A stretch of DNA of 64,000 bases from Eledone cirrhosa (taxonomy: Eukaryota), in NCBI GenBank assembly GCA_964016885.1, contig OZ024750.1, forward strand, positions 46,500,001 to 46,564,000. Direction: 5' to 3'. Shown here piece by piece: positions 1 through 12,705 of the stretch. Each line of letters opens with the position of its first letter. Positions within the stretch are counted from its first letter, which is position 1. A program made the translations under genes and the position numbers. Below the pieces are notes generated by a model. That model saw only the letters and a program-made list of their open reading frames with translations. It was not told the DNA's origin and did not search any database.

Positions 1-205
1 TAAAGATTTTGGCCAAGGTGCTAGCAACGAGGCTGGCGCTTGTCGTCGAAAACCTGGTAGGGAAAGCGCAAACGTGTGCAATCCCGGCTAGGTCCATACA
101 CGACAACCACCAACTCATGCGATACATCATAGAGAGGGTAGGGTGTAAACCGGCTTCGACCAGTCTAAGGCATTCGATAGGGTCGACCATCGATACTTGG
201 AAGCA
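1..205 (+). mobile_element. L1/Tx1-clade LINE reverse transcriptase fragment (degenerate)
   Basis: Translates KILAKVLATRL...QTCAIPARSIHDN...IIE and, after a frameshift, SKAFDRVDHRYL. These are non-LTR RT motifs with the L1/Tx1 flavour (R-S-I-x-D-N; KAFDRV-H). Confidence 0.8.
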
Positions 206-290
206 TACCATGATTTAACATGGTATGCTTGAAATATGTATAGTAAAATAGATATAGTTTTATAAATATAGTTTCCATTTGTTAATATCG
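200..290 (+). mobile_element. 5'-truncated family-A hammerhead element fragment
   Basis: Perfect stem-II hairpin AAGCATACCATG-atttaa-CATGGTATGCTT, then GAAA-TATGTA-TA and the family tail gttttataaatatagtttccatttgttaatatcg, ending in (TA)n. The CUGAUGA core is missing. Confidence 0.75.
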
Positions 291-308
291 TATATATATA
301 TATATATA

Positions 309-952
309 TACGATATATTAACAAATGGAAACTATATTTATAAAACCATATTTATTTCATTATACATATTTCAAGGACACCAAGTTAAATTATGGTGTGC
401 TTTCATCCGATTAAATATAATATAGATCAGTTTTATAAATAAATATTGACATACCCTTAAAGAATGCGACCATTTCTATTGGAAGCTCCCGGATAGTGGG
501 GTTATAAATTTATTCATACTATTATGCAAATTAGTGTCGGATATTTTAAAATCAAGGTAGATTTTTTTCTCTTTCCTTTTTTCCATACCCCAACGGCTTA
601 TTTTAAATCTACTGTGATTTAAAAATATCCGACACTAATTTGCATAATAGTATAAATAAATTTATAACCCCACTATCCGGGAGCTTTCAACAGAAATGGT
701 CGCATTCTTTAAGGGTATGTCAATATTTATTTATAAAACTGATCTATATTATATTTTATCCGATGAAAGCACACCATAATTTAACTTGGTGTCCTTGAAA
801 TATGTATAATGAAATAAATATGGTTTTATAAATATAGTTTCCATTTGTTAATATATCGTATTTTTACTACAATGATTTGTTGAGTGCTTTATATCAGTTA
901 TAAAAATATTTGCTTGTTTTATCCCAACAATTTAAATAGAACTTCTACTTTT
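309..952. mobile_element. Fold-back pair of family-A HHR elements (arms about 309-563 and 606-860)
   Basis: The arms are reverse complements with a spacer of about 40 bp. Both HHR cores are mutated (CCGATGA on + at 760-766; CGGATGA on -). Homologous to 51599-51900. Flanked by (TA)n. Confidence 0.85.
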
Positions 953-1334
953 ATATATATATATATATTTCTTCGGTTGTCATTATTTTTGCTACATCGT
1001 CACAATACAAGTTAGAAATAACGAGTGAAAATGAGTTACTCTCCTTTTCTCTCCTCCATTTTCTCTCAACTTGCATTGTTCTGATTTTCCCCAAACAATC
1101 TCGAGCAAATATTTCACAATGTTTCATATAAACGATATTATTTATTGTTTGACAGATAGTGGGATTGTGAAATTGCTTTGTATTATTCAATCTAGAAATG
1201 TCTTTTTAGCAGCCATCCGTATAGAGCCATAGAATCCTGCCATATATATTTATATATATAGGAACTTTTGCTTATTTTCTACTGTATTTTAACCCATGAA
1301 AGTTTGTTGAATACATTTCTGATATAAATCACTT

Positions 1335-1732
<398 letters not shown>

Positions 1733-1739
<7 letters not shown>

Positions 1740-2067
1740 GTGAATTTTTTTTTACAAAATGAAAAACATGTCGATGTCCTATACGAGTGAAAGTATTAGG
1801 AAAAAAGATGAATTCGAAAATGCAACTGGAGTCTTTTTTAAAATATTTATTTGGTTCCTTTACCGGTTTCGCAGTTCTTGTGCTTTTCAAAAGATGGAGG
1901 GTTTGTGGTTTTTCTTGCATCTGGGTGGTGTATGCGAGAAAAACCACAAACCCTCCATCTCATTTCTACTTTTGAAAAGCACAAGGACTGCCAAACCGGT
2001 AAAGGAACCAAATAAATACATATTTAAAAAAAAAAAGACTAGTTGCATTTTCGATTCCATCTTTTTT

Positions 2068-2072
<5 letters not shown>
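1733..2072. mobile_element. Family-B palindromic element (arms about 1798-1920 and 1932-2072)
   Basis: Inverted arms gaaaatgcaact...gatggagggtttgtggtttttc. The same sequence recurs at 30313-31105 and 58462-58876. (TA)n on both sides. Confidence 0.8.
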
Positions 2073-2112
<40 letters not shown>

Positions 2113-2158
2113 AGGTATCCCACAAAATAGATACACACTTCCACAACATCCTCTCTCA

Positions 2159-2218
<60 letters not shown>

Positions 2219-2265
2219 ATATATATATATATGTGTATGTGTGTGTGGTGTATATATATATATAT

Positions 2266-2334
<69 letters not shown>

Positions 2335-2732
2335 CATACATCTATACATATATATAACGTAGACATGAACATTTATCGAAATTGCTTGAATAATCTCCTT
2401 ACATAGAACCCCCAGCCCCGCCCAACACCACTACCATCACCGCAACCAATATTCCGCATAACCACCACCACCACCACAACCTCCACCACCACCACCCCAA
2501 CGCCGCCACCACCACCACCACCACCACCAATTCCTACCACGGTTGTCGACAACGTCACCACCACCTGATTCCCCACGCTCTCGGTATAATTTTAACTTTT
2601 CGCTAAAAAGAAAAACAAATTAATTTCCTTCAACAAACAACTCGAATCCCACCCCCGACATTCTCTTTTTCCCCTCTCTTTAAGCCTCTGTCTAACTCTC
2701 TTTCCCTCTCTCTAAGCCTCACTCTAAGTCTC

Positions 2733-2775
<43 letters not shown>

Positions 2776-3471
2776 GTCATCATTTATTCACAGTATTTTT
2801 AAAATTCATTTTCTCATTTTTACTTCTCTTTTTCTCTCGTTCTGCCCCCCTCTCTCTCTCTCTATTTCCTCGTCTTGTGTATTTCCTCTTCACATTATTT
2901 TTCGCTCGTTTTCTCAACACATTTCCTTACACTCACATATTCTATCTAACACTCTCTCACTCACACTAACACACATACAGACACCAACACTGAAATGCCA
3001 TTCAGACACAACATGTCTTACATCAATGAATATTTAAAAAAGAATAATGTTGCTATACTATTTATTTTCCTCACCTCTCATTTGGATTCTCCAATAATAG
3101 CAGAGTGTGGAACTGTCTAGTTATATACACTTATTGATTAGCAAACATTCTAAAATAACTTGTTGAAAATTTATTCCCAAACAACCTAAAGTTAAGATCT
3201 TCTACAACTAATTAAACAAGTTTTTTCACTAATAAAAATAATAATAAACGCAGCAACTCAACAGATGCTTATATGTCTTAGAAGTTTTATCACTCCATTA
3301 TTATATGAGAAAATCAAGTAGCTAATTATGTGAGATGTACTTTTAAATATCATACATAAGTTATTTTTTAGTGTCTCATTAATTAGAGAGTTGGAGATAA
3401 ACGACCCGCTGCAATTAGCTATTGCTTTTTACGTTCTCAGTTCAAATTCCAGTGATGTCAGTGATTGATAA

Positions 3472-3669
3472 AATAATGGTTTCTGATTCTGGCACAAGGC
3501 CAGCAATTTGAATGGGAATGGGAAGGTCGATTAAATTGACCTCAGTGTGTTACTGGTATTTTATTTTATCGCCCCCATAAGGATGAAAGGCAAAGCTAAC
3601 CTCGGCAGGTAATTCTATGAAACACAGCATGATGTCTGACACACTACAGATACTGCCAATCCACCGTCC
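3472..3669 (-). mobile_element. tRNA-derived SINE (dominant family, Nin-like core)
   Basis: Reverse complement of the family consensus gcggtggattggcagtatc...gccgaggttaactttgcctttcatcctta...gataaaataaagtaccag...gctggccttgtgcc...attatt. Confidence 0.8.
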
Positions 3670-3694
3670 TATTAAGAATAATAAAAGCAATAAT

Positions 3695-4640
3695 GTTTTC
3701 TTTATTAACCACAGTGGTTGACAAATCATGACATTAAGGACAGCACATGACGGTACAAATGGGCATTTCCGTATGTAAAAAAGAAAAAGAAAAAAAAAAA
3801 GAAACATAAAATAAAATCAAAGAATGTAACGAAACTAAAAGAAACAGAAAAATTCCTCAATAGCGGGGATACTTCCGAATGTCACTCGATGAGAAGGCCC
3901 ACAAAAGCCACTGTGACCCTGACAGTTAGGGCCAGCGCCCTCTCCCCGTTCTCCCCCTACAATATTAAAGGCACACTCTCAGAGCAGGCCCATTAACATG
4001 GGCCATTCTTGCCTCTCTCACACACCGAAGAGGAAAGTGTCCTTCTTCAACCCTTTCAGACGCATCCACCATAGGACTTCTTTTACCATGTCCACCAGGC
4101 AGATAAAAACTGCCTCCCCTACCTGGTTAAATTTGAGTGGCGAGGCAATCTTTACGATGGACTCAGCTGGTAACCAAATCCATCCTACACGTGAACAGGC
4201 CTGGCTGACGGCTCTTCCATTCCTGAAAAGGTTATCTCAAACTGGCAACGCTCCCGGTAACACTGCAAGGCCAGGCACTACTGGATATTATCCATTGGCC
4301 TTGGATCAAAAGTCTTCCTGGAGAGAATAGCTGGTTCGCTTTCGTCGGCACCCAGAGTTTCCCTAAGGTCATGGTCGTTCTAGCCCGCCACAAATCCTCT
4401 ATAAAACGCCCAGGTGGGGTTTCCACCGATCGCAGTGCCAGTTGGCGAAAGGCAGTCAGCGCTTGAAGATATTCCAGTTTCTAAGCGCTCCCTTTCGGTC
4501 TCCGCTTGACCCAGGATCGCAACACCGCCAAGGAGACCAGCTGAGGCAAAACGTGCCTAGCGAAAGGCGACCATACTTGTTCAACTTCTGAACGCATGTC
4601 TGCACACCGTTAACCACGCCGTGTCCAATCATTCACGTAA
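3695..4640 (-). mobile_element. L1/Tx1 LINE 3' end (ORF2 C-terminus plus 3'UTR), degenerate
   Basis: Minus strand reads CYR-ALPV..., AVFICLVDMVKEVLWWMRLKG and ARMAHVNGPALRVCL*, followed by a T-rich UTR and AATAAA. Same terminus as 20254-20640. Confidence 0.7.
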
Positions 4641-5232
4641 AGGGTTGTGACAGTAGATGGATCGCCTGACTATCGGAGTTTATCCCTTCCACTAGAAGCG
4701 AAAAAGCAAACGCTTTTATCAGTGCAATCAGACGAAGCTTAGGACAAGGCACGAATCAATTTAATTGACTTTCTACTTCCCCCAAATTGTTGGCCTCGTG
4801 CCAAGATCAGAAACTATTATTACCACTATATATGGGTGGGAGATGCTAGAATGATTAAAGCATTAAAAGCAATGCTTTGTGGGATTGAAATTACGGATAT
4901 ATACGTCCAGAGTACAAATCCCACTGACGTCAAATTTGCCTTTCCTCATTTCACCGTCGACAAATTAAAGTCCCTGTCCCGTACGAAAGTTTATGTAATC
5001 AACTGTACCCTTCCCGAAAATTCTTGACTTGTGCTTCATTTAGAAACCATTATTACTGCCGTATAATATTCTAGCGTAATTTATTGTAGTTGAGATCATA
5101 GAAAAAATTAATTGGAAGTGAAATGTTTGGCAACTGATGGACTATACATTCTCCACATAAAAAAAACATTTTACCATATACGGAAAGGATTGTTTCTGAG
5201 GAAGAAGGTGTGGTGGATCATGGATCTCGAGA

Positions 5233-5302
5233 CTAGAAACAAGTAGTCACATAACCTCTACCTGCTAGTCGATATAGCGATCTACCATGATCAATCACCC
5301 CT
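5233..5302 (-). CDS. Candidate terminal coding exon (unknown product)
   Basis: Acceptor ttattttacgatcgtttcag|A, phase-compatible with the 5823 donor. Reads (R)GVIDHGRSLYRLAGRGYVTTCF*. No homology recognised. Confidence 0.25.
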
Positions 5303-5425
5303 CTGAAACGATCGTAAAATAATGAAATAATTAACAATTCGACTTTTGTTTCATACACGTACACACACCACACACACGCACACACACACACACGCGCGCG
5401 CGCGCACACACACAAACACACACAT

Positions 5426-5456
<31 letters not shown>

Positions 5457-5822
5457 AATGACTCTGTAGGCCGAGTATAATCTTCGATGGAATCTTATAC
5501 TCGGCCTACAGAATCTTATGCGATGATAACTACTACCTCTCATTTCTCCCAATAAGCAATACAACCCTTGCATAACAAACTGGCAAGTCAAAGTTGTCAA
5601 GAATAACCACGCAAGGGTGATCAGACCAACTAACAACAACAGTCTACCATGATCAACTTTGAGTCAAAAACATGAATCACATATTCTTCTTCTCTGTGTT
5701 TATTTTTTTTTCTCTCTGCCTTTCCTCCTTAAAACCTCTTTGAATGTGTTTACCAATATTCCTTTGATATATATAACTACTATGCAATATACACCTGATG
5801 ATGTTATCATGTTCATACGTAC

Positions 5823-6111
5823 CGTTGCCAATGAAATGTGCATAGTGGTGGAAGGAATAAAACTTTGAGGGAATTCAAAATGTCCGGTTTCCTGTCATTC
5901 AGGAAGGATACAACATCAAAGATGGATGAGTTGCGTAATGCCGGGTACTTTCCTGCTACATCATGGTTATCATTGCCGAAGAACCAAATATACCCAATAA
6001 TGAACCACCTCCAGATGTTTTCATTTATGTTATCCACCCACGTATCTATAAATATTAATGCACTGCATCGTGAACACAGATCAATATTCTGATGATTTGG
6101 TCGGGTATCGA
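5823..6111 (-). CDS. Candidate internal coding exon, 289 nt (unknown product)
   Basis: Acceptor gattttaattgcag|TC and donor CG|gtacgt enclose 95 open codons of non-repetitive sequence: DTRPNHQNIDLCSRCSALIFIDTWVDNINENIWRWFIIGYIWFFG...LPPLCTFHWQ. No family recognised. Confidence 0.45.
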
Positions 6112-6253
6112 CTGCAATTAAAATCGAGTGACGTAACTTTTAACGATCAGCAATTTTTAGACACACCGGACTAATGAATCAATTGTTAATACTTTAAATA
6201 AAACTTATTATACAGCAGACTACGTTATTCTTCACTCTTTTTTATAATATATA

Positions 6254-6327
<74 letters not shown>

Positions 6328-6364
6328 TAAATAAATATATATATATATATGTATATATATATAT

Positions 6365-6542
6365 GATAAGATATTCCGGGTTGAATCGGAGGTAGCAAGT
6401 AAGGTGCTCAATACATAGCAGAGTATAAAGTTTTAATATAGAAGAACTTCAACATGACTAGAACTGTTTCATTCGTGAGAAATCATCAGGAAGCTCTGAT
6501 GATTTCTTACGAATGAAACATTTCTAGTCCTCTAGAAGCTCT

Positions 6543-6552
<10 letters not shown>
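6365..6552. mobile_element. Family-C HHR element, back-to-back fold-back pair
   Basis: Minus copy 6444-6496: GAGCTTC-CTGATGA-TTTCtcacGAAT-GAAA-CAGttctagtcATG-TT-GAAGTTC. An inverted plus copy starts at 6496. Homologous to 26935-26987 and 27178-27270. Confidence 0.8.
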
Positions 6553-6637
<85 letters not shown>

Positions 6638-6919
6638 ACACACACATATATATATGACAGGCATCTGCCGTTTCCGTCTACAAAAATTACATTCACGAGA
6701 CATTGATCGACTGAAGGTTATATAGCAAAGGATAGAGGCCAAACTTTTGACGCAACTGGCTTGAAGTCAGAACCAACTGGTTGCGAAGCGAAATATATAA
6801 CCACACAGCCATGCCTTTGTTTATACAATATATTCATTCCTCTGTTTTAAGCATATCTTTCTATTCCTTATCACACTTCCCTCTCATTTCTTTCCTCATT
6901 CTTTTTTATATAGCTATGA

Positions 6920-7160
6920 ACATCTCTTACAAGAATTCAACTGCCTCTTTTTCTCTTAATCATTCTGTTGTGTCTTACAAATTGATATTTGTTTTACCCA
7001 TAGGAATGCATCATTTCAATGTGATGTGTCTTTCCCAAAGGCTTCATTGCATTAATTACAAATGTCTTTTCATATATCACACACCTAGCTATTGTCTCAT
7101 TGTTGATTGAAAGAATAAAGCAAATTTCTGTGAATATTGCCTACATTTTATCTGCATTGC
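6920..7160 (-). mobile_element. Possible degenerate hAT (Charlie/Buster) transposase N-terminal remnant
   Basis: Minus strand reads ARCVIYEKTFVINAMKPLGKTHHIEMMHS, resembling the CxxC...N..MKP..L.RH...H BED-type finger. Stops are present. Confidence 0.4.
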
Positions 7161-7429
7161 AACAGACGAGTTGCTGCAAGACATACGGGTTTCGACGCAA
7201 TATGAGAAGGTGTTGTACCTCTCGACACTCCCGTCTCTACCCATTTTGAAATATCAGAACAAAATACCTTGCAGTATATATTGAGGTTGTTTGTGTTCTG
7301 ACTTCAAATCATATTGTTAATTATACATGAATGAAACATATGTATGAAACAGTTCTAGACATGTAGAAATAATATATATATATATATGCATATATATATA
7401 TATATAAATTTATATATAAATAAATCTTT

Positions 7430-7615
7430 GGACCGTTAAGGTGTGATTTCCATGAGTATGTCATTATTTATAAAACAAATTTTGTATTTTATCTGATGAA
7501 AGCGCACCAAGATTTTATCTGATGAAAGCGCACCAAGGTTTGTTTGGTCGCCCTTTAAATATATATAATACAATAAATATAGTTTTATAAATATAGTTTC
7601 CATGTATTATTATCT
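7430..7615 (+). mobile_element. Family-A HHR element, probably inactive
   Basis: 26-bp tandem duplication of attttatCTGATGAaagcgcaccaag; GAAA is mutated to TAAA; the family tail is present. Confidence 0.8.
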
Positions 7616-7616
7616 T

Positions 7617-7656
<40 letters not shown>

Positions 7657-7801
7657 ATAACAATAAAACTATGCATATATCAGATAAGTAGCACTCAACA
7701 GTTGGAAGACCTGGAGTATAAATAATAAAGAAGAAATAAAGATGGTTATAAGAGTTCCATATATTTTATTATACGTATTTCGAATACAAAATAATCCTGT
7801 T

Positions 7802-7869
7802 TTTTTATCTGAAGAGAACACATCATCTGTCCCATGATGATTTTGTATTCGAAATACGTATAATACAAT
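7802..7869 (+). ncRNA. Type I hammerhead ribozyme (family A-related) in a fold-back element
   Basis: ttttat-CTGAAGA-(gaa...atcat/atgat...ttc)-GAAA-TACGTA-TA-atacaa, with a palindromic stem III. The 3' half has an inverted copy at 7742-7796. Confidence 0.75.
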
Positions 7870-8019
7870 ATATGGAACTCTTATAACCATATTTATTATA
7901 TATATATATATTTATATATATATATATATTTATAAATACATATATACATAAGTATATATAAACCCTTAGAGCTAAAATTTCTTATTAGCACGGATTACAT
8001 TTTAAGCAAACTATTTATC

Positions 8020-8208
8020 TGTTTCTACTTTTGGCACAAGGCCAGCAAATACCCAATACATTACTGGTACTTTATTTTATCGCCCCCGTAAGGAAGAAAA
8101 CCAAAGTTAAACTCGGCGGGATTTGAACTCAGATCATAAAGGGACGTAACTCTTTGCTGCAAAGCATGGCGTCAGACCCTCTACCGATACTGGCAATCCA
8201 CCGCCCTG
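8020..8208 (-). mobile_element. tRNA-derived SINE (dominant family)
   Basis: Full-length reverse-complement match to the in-window consensus, including the B-box-like GAGTTCAAATCCC. Confidence 0.85.
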
Positions 8209-8315
8209 GGCTAATAATGAATATATCGCACAAAAAGATTCACACATCCACACACCGGCAATCCATCTCAACGTATGAACGCAGTCGATTTATTCCAGTT
8301 TGAGTTAGTGAGTGC

Positions 8316-8350
<35 letters not shown>

Positions 8351-9971
8351 TGAGAGAGAGACCGCGAGAAAAAGAGAAAATAGAAAGAACGAGATAGATG
8401 ATTGAAAAAGAAATATAGGGAAAGATTGACTCCCAGTCCTAAATGGTACCATCCTATTTATAGACCTCGAAAGGATGGAAAGCAAAGTTGCCTTTGGCGG
8501 GATTTGAAATCAGAGTACATAGACCAAATGCCACAAAACATTCCGTACGATCTTCTATACAACTCTGAGAATTTGCTGTATCATGATCTACTATATTTTT
8601 CAATAAGACGACACATTACTTCTCCAATAAGTAAATTAACTGAGAATATCTGAGACATGTTCCCGGATAGTTTATTTTCAAAGTTTGGGAAGAATAAATC
8701 TTAATAACATACTCTAAATGATATCTTTTGTCTGTATTTATTTTTGTTTGATTTTTTTTGTTTTTGATATTTTCCTGTTTTTCGCCTTTGATTTATTTTT
8801 ATCTGTTTTTCTGATTAAAGAATGTTAAATGTAAAATGTGAAATAACATTTCACTGGGCGTCAATTCTTTGAAAATATCACTACTAAAACTATTATGATT
8901 GTTATCATTGAGTTAATGAGGCAGACTCTATGCAATCACTCGACCTTTTAGAAATAGATGCGAAAGGACATTGCATTGTCGAGCAAAGCGCTTCCATAGA
9001 AATATTGGCAGGGCTGGATTGAAACTAGAAACCCTGGGTTAGACAATATATAACCACCCACACCACCAATAACTGCTCGGAAGGCACTATATGAAAACTA
9101 CAAGCAAATGAAATACTTGAAAGTAAGCCTACACAAATATCGAGTTATGTCCACCTGAAAAACGGAGTTGACGTTAACAGAAAAATAGACTTATTGAAAA
9201 TGTAGAAGCGTCAATGTTTACTATGAAAACTGTCAAAGAAATTGGCCATAAGATCCCTTGAATAGAAAAAGGCTGACAGCATCTTTTTTTCATTGTTAGA
9301 ATATTTTTCACAGTAAAAGTAAAAGACATTGATGCTTCTAAATTTTCAATAAAGATATATGCACTCAACGTTTCTAAAAATAAATGTAAAAAAAAAAAAG
9401 AATTATTTAGTGATAGTTAAATTCTAAAAGTTTACATAAGTATTTTTTCATCGCGATATTTTAATATGTATTCAAAAATATATTTTAAACAGGATCGAGA
9501 ATCCTGAAATATAATGAGACCTTGTGCTGCAGGCCACTTAGCCCACATGTAAATCCGATACGCGTAGTGAGTGTGTGTGTGTGTGTGTTTATGAGTTCGT
9601 TACAACGTAAGATGGATACATAATATCTTCAGCCAATTAAACACGCATACACGTCTACACATACATATATACATGTGATGACAGACAGGTGTGCGTGAAT
9701 GTATGTCTGTGTGCATCTGTCTTAGTATATGTATGTGAGTGTATGTGAGAGTGTGTGTGAGCGTATGTTAGATTGTAAGTGTGTTGGTGTATGTATGTGT
9801 GAGTGGATTGTGAGTGTATGTGTAATAATTAATATTTTCATTTGCATAAAAATAATAGAAAATAACACACCGATCTCACATTTTCTATATGAATATGTAT
9901 GTGTCTGTGAGGGTGTTTGTGCGCGCGTTCATTAGGAACGTGATTAAATACACGCATGTACATGATTAAAT

Positions 9972-10595
9972 ACACTGCCATGTCCTGCGTCTCCAAGAGA
10001 CCAGTGTCTGTCCTTAGGGAATCAACATATGTTAACCTCGGTCTCCATCTTCTAGTTTGTCCGTGCAGGGGCTCCCACAGGAGCACTGAGTGCAGTGTCA
10101 ACTCTGGATGTCGGTGAGCAGATCCAGCTAACCTCAACGTACTCTGTGTTACTTTCGAGCTGCTTTTGGGAGGTTCCCATACAGCTCTGAGTTCTTCATC
10201 ATCAGTGCATACTCATTAATATTCAGAGCCATCCTCAGCCTTCTCGTGTAGGACCCATCCACCACCGGAGTGAGTTACTTGGTCAGTGTCCAAGTCTCAG
10301 ACACGTACGGCACCACAGACTCCACTGCAGCAATGAAGAGACAGATTTTCAGGTCTTTACGAAGGTCCGACTGCTACACCGATCTCGAACTGTTAACGCC
10401 GCCCAGGCTTTGTTCTTCCCCTCAACCACATCATCCTATGTGTTTCCAATATTTGCTCCCAGAAACAGGAAGTCCTCATCCAATTCTAGCGGCTTCCCAC
10501 CTATATTTGTAAACTTCTCTGGCTACTTAATCTACTCTACCAGATACTTCGTCTTAATCTCATTCATTCTAAGCCCCACACTCATCGGCACAGTC
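9972..10595 (-). mobile_element. RTE-clade LINE 3' fragment
   Basis: Reads LRLAGSAHRHPEL...VLLWEPLHG...RPRLTYVDSLRTDTG, paralleling the C-terminus of the RTE at 61473-61886. Confidence 0.8.
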
Positions 10596-10609
10596 GATAT
10601 ATATATATG

Positions 10610-10669
<60 letters not shown>

Positions 10670-10673
<4 letters not shown>

Positions 10674-11009
10674 CTAGCCCCAGCTACCTCCCTCCTTCCC
10701 GAAAATTTCTCTCGCTAAATGCTTTTACGGAACGTGTATTTCCCAGGTACAAGTATCAGAGCGCGGACACAATGGGTTTGTAGTAAAAATGGTGTAACGT
10801 GGGGCACAATAGAATTACGCTCCGGACAAATAATACCGTTATTTCTTCCCTGCACCCTACGCCCGGATATATATGTTTTTACTACACCATTTTTACTACA
10901 AACCCATTGTGTCCGCGCTCTGATACTTGTACCTGGGAAATACACGTACCGTAAAAGCATTTAGCGAGAGAAATTTTCGGGTAAGAGGGAGGTAGCTGGG
11001 GCTAGCTCA
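10670..11009. repeat. Near-perfect inverted repeat (arms about 127 bp, spacer about 85 bp), fold-back/MITE-like
   Basis: 10670-10797 is the reverse complement of 10883-11009; this gives the mirror ORFs 10715-10960 and 10719-10964. Sits next to (TA)n. Confidence 0.9.
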
Positions 11010-11334
11010 GATTCAGTTTGCCCAGTTCGTTATATTTTGTATATATATATATTTATAAAACAAACTTTGTATTTTATCTGTTGAGAGCGTACCAAAGTTT
11101 TGGTACCCTTGAAATATATATTTATGTTTGTATTGTAAATAACCAAGTTAGCTAGATAGAAATATACTAATAATAATATTACAGTTTGCCTATCATGACT
11201 TAAGATAATACATCATAAATCAACAAAAACAAATTGTATTGGCATATATATATACAATGATAAAACAAATTGTATTGGCATATATATATACAATGATATT
11301 AAATAAATGGAAACTATATTTATAAAACCATATT

Positions 11335-11395
11335 TATTCTATTATATATATTTCAAGGGTACCAAAACTTTGGTACCCACTCATCAGATAAAATA
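11335..11395 (-). ncRNA. Type I hammerhead ribozyme, family A, intact core
   Basis: Minus: TATTTTAT-CTGATGA-gtGGGTACCAAAgtTTTGGTACCCtt-GAAA-TATATA-TA-ATAGAATA. The convergent partner at about 11070-11120 has a mutated core (CTGTTGA). Confidence 0.85.
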
Positions 11396-11800
11396 CAAAG
11401 TTTGTTTTATAAATATTGACATATCCAGGAAGAAGATCTTAACGGTTCACGTTTTTCCTGGAAATATAATATTCCTTTTGCTTATATATATAGATAGATA
11501 TCAAAGGTATATATTGAGTTAGAAACTCATAATACTCCTTTATAATTAAAATATCTCAAGGATATGTTCCCTTATGATTTGGACACACACACACATATAT
11601 ATATATATATTATATATCTGTGTTTATCTCTCTTTACTATATTAGATTATATTAGATTATAGATAGGTAGATAAATATATAGAGATATATATTTATAATA
11701 CTGTTCTATATTTTTGAGACGAGGAAGTATTTACATTATATATTTTGGACGGGTAGGTGTCCTCAACTTGTTTTCTTGTTAACACAATATTTCGGCTATG

Positions 11801-12061
11801 TCATCATCATCATCATTCGTCGACTACTGTCGAGATGATGGATCTCACTCTCATGCCCCAGAATTCCTTGTCCCCCATCGCTGCCCCCGGGTCCTGTCTA
11901 CTGATTCTCGTATCCCTAGAGATAACGTCAGGGAATGACAGCTTCCTACTCCTAGTCAGGCTGCAGTCAGGGTTCCAGAGCAAGAGAGCGGATATGATTT
12001 CATTGCTGGCACGGTGACAGTGGCCAGCAAATTGAGCTCTCCGGGATTTTAGAAGGGCAGA
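11801..12061 (-). mobile_element. RTE-clade LINE 3' end with (GAT)n tail
   Basis: Minus translation LLKSRRAQFAGHCHRASNEIISALLLWNP...AAMGDKEFW...VVDE*, followed by gatgatgatga. Confidence 0.8.
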
Positions 12062-12204
12062 GGTGTCCCAGTGATGTTATTATTAACGCTTGTTAAGGTC
12101 ACTGCCTAGAATTGTACTCGGAATCTTGAGGTTATTAGCCCGCTTTTTAACCACTTTTTTTTTTCTTTTTTCCCGTGATTTTTTTTTTTCTCGTGAAGTT
12201 AAAA

Positions 12205-12390
12205 TAATTATTTCTACTTTTGGCACAAGGCCAGCAATTATCCAGTGCATTACTGGTACTTTATTTTATCGACCCCGTAAGGATGAAAGGCAAAGTTAAC
12301 CTCGGCGGGATTTGAACTCAGACCGCAAAGGGACGTAACTATGCTGGAAAGCATGGCGTCCGACCCTCTACCGATACTGCCAATCCACCG
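12205..12390 (-). mobile_element. tRNA-derived SINE (dominant family)
   Basis: Full-length consensus match. Confidence 0.85.
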
Positions 12391-12559
12391 TGTGGGTCGA
12401 AGAATGTGAAAAGAGGTCATATCTCCTGGATTTAAACAATTTTGCCAGTAAGTATGCTTCAGAAAACATGGGTGGTGGTGGTTGGTAAGCAGCTGATGCA
12501 TGTCCGTGCACACACGCACTCTCACACTACACGTACAACTACCAACCTACCTAAGGTTG

Positions 12560-12705
12560 TCATTTGGCAAGACAGAGAACACCACTGGAAAACACGGAAA
12601 CTAAAAGAGGCAACACATTTGCTAGGACACAATAACGTCCTAAGCAGAGCTAGTGGCAGATATGACTAGTATATGGGAACCGGTTTTAAGGAAGGATAGA
12701 ATAAT
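12560..12705 (+). pseudogene. Penelope-like ORF C-terminal (post GIY-YIG) fragment
   Basis: WQDREHHWKTRKLKEATHLLGHNNVLSRAS, a frameshift, then DMTSIWEPVLRK. This matches the E..W..R.+KEA.++...L.R...W.P+L tail typical of PLE endonuclease domains. Confidence 0.65.

Noticed and set aside
9190-9352. 27-bp imperfect inverted repeat
   Set aside because: No TSD and no second copy; probably an old MITE remnant, but unsupported.
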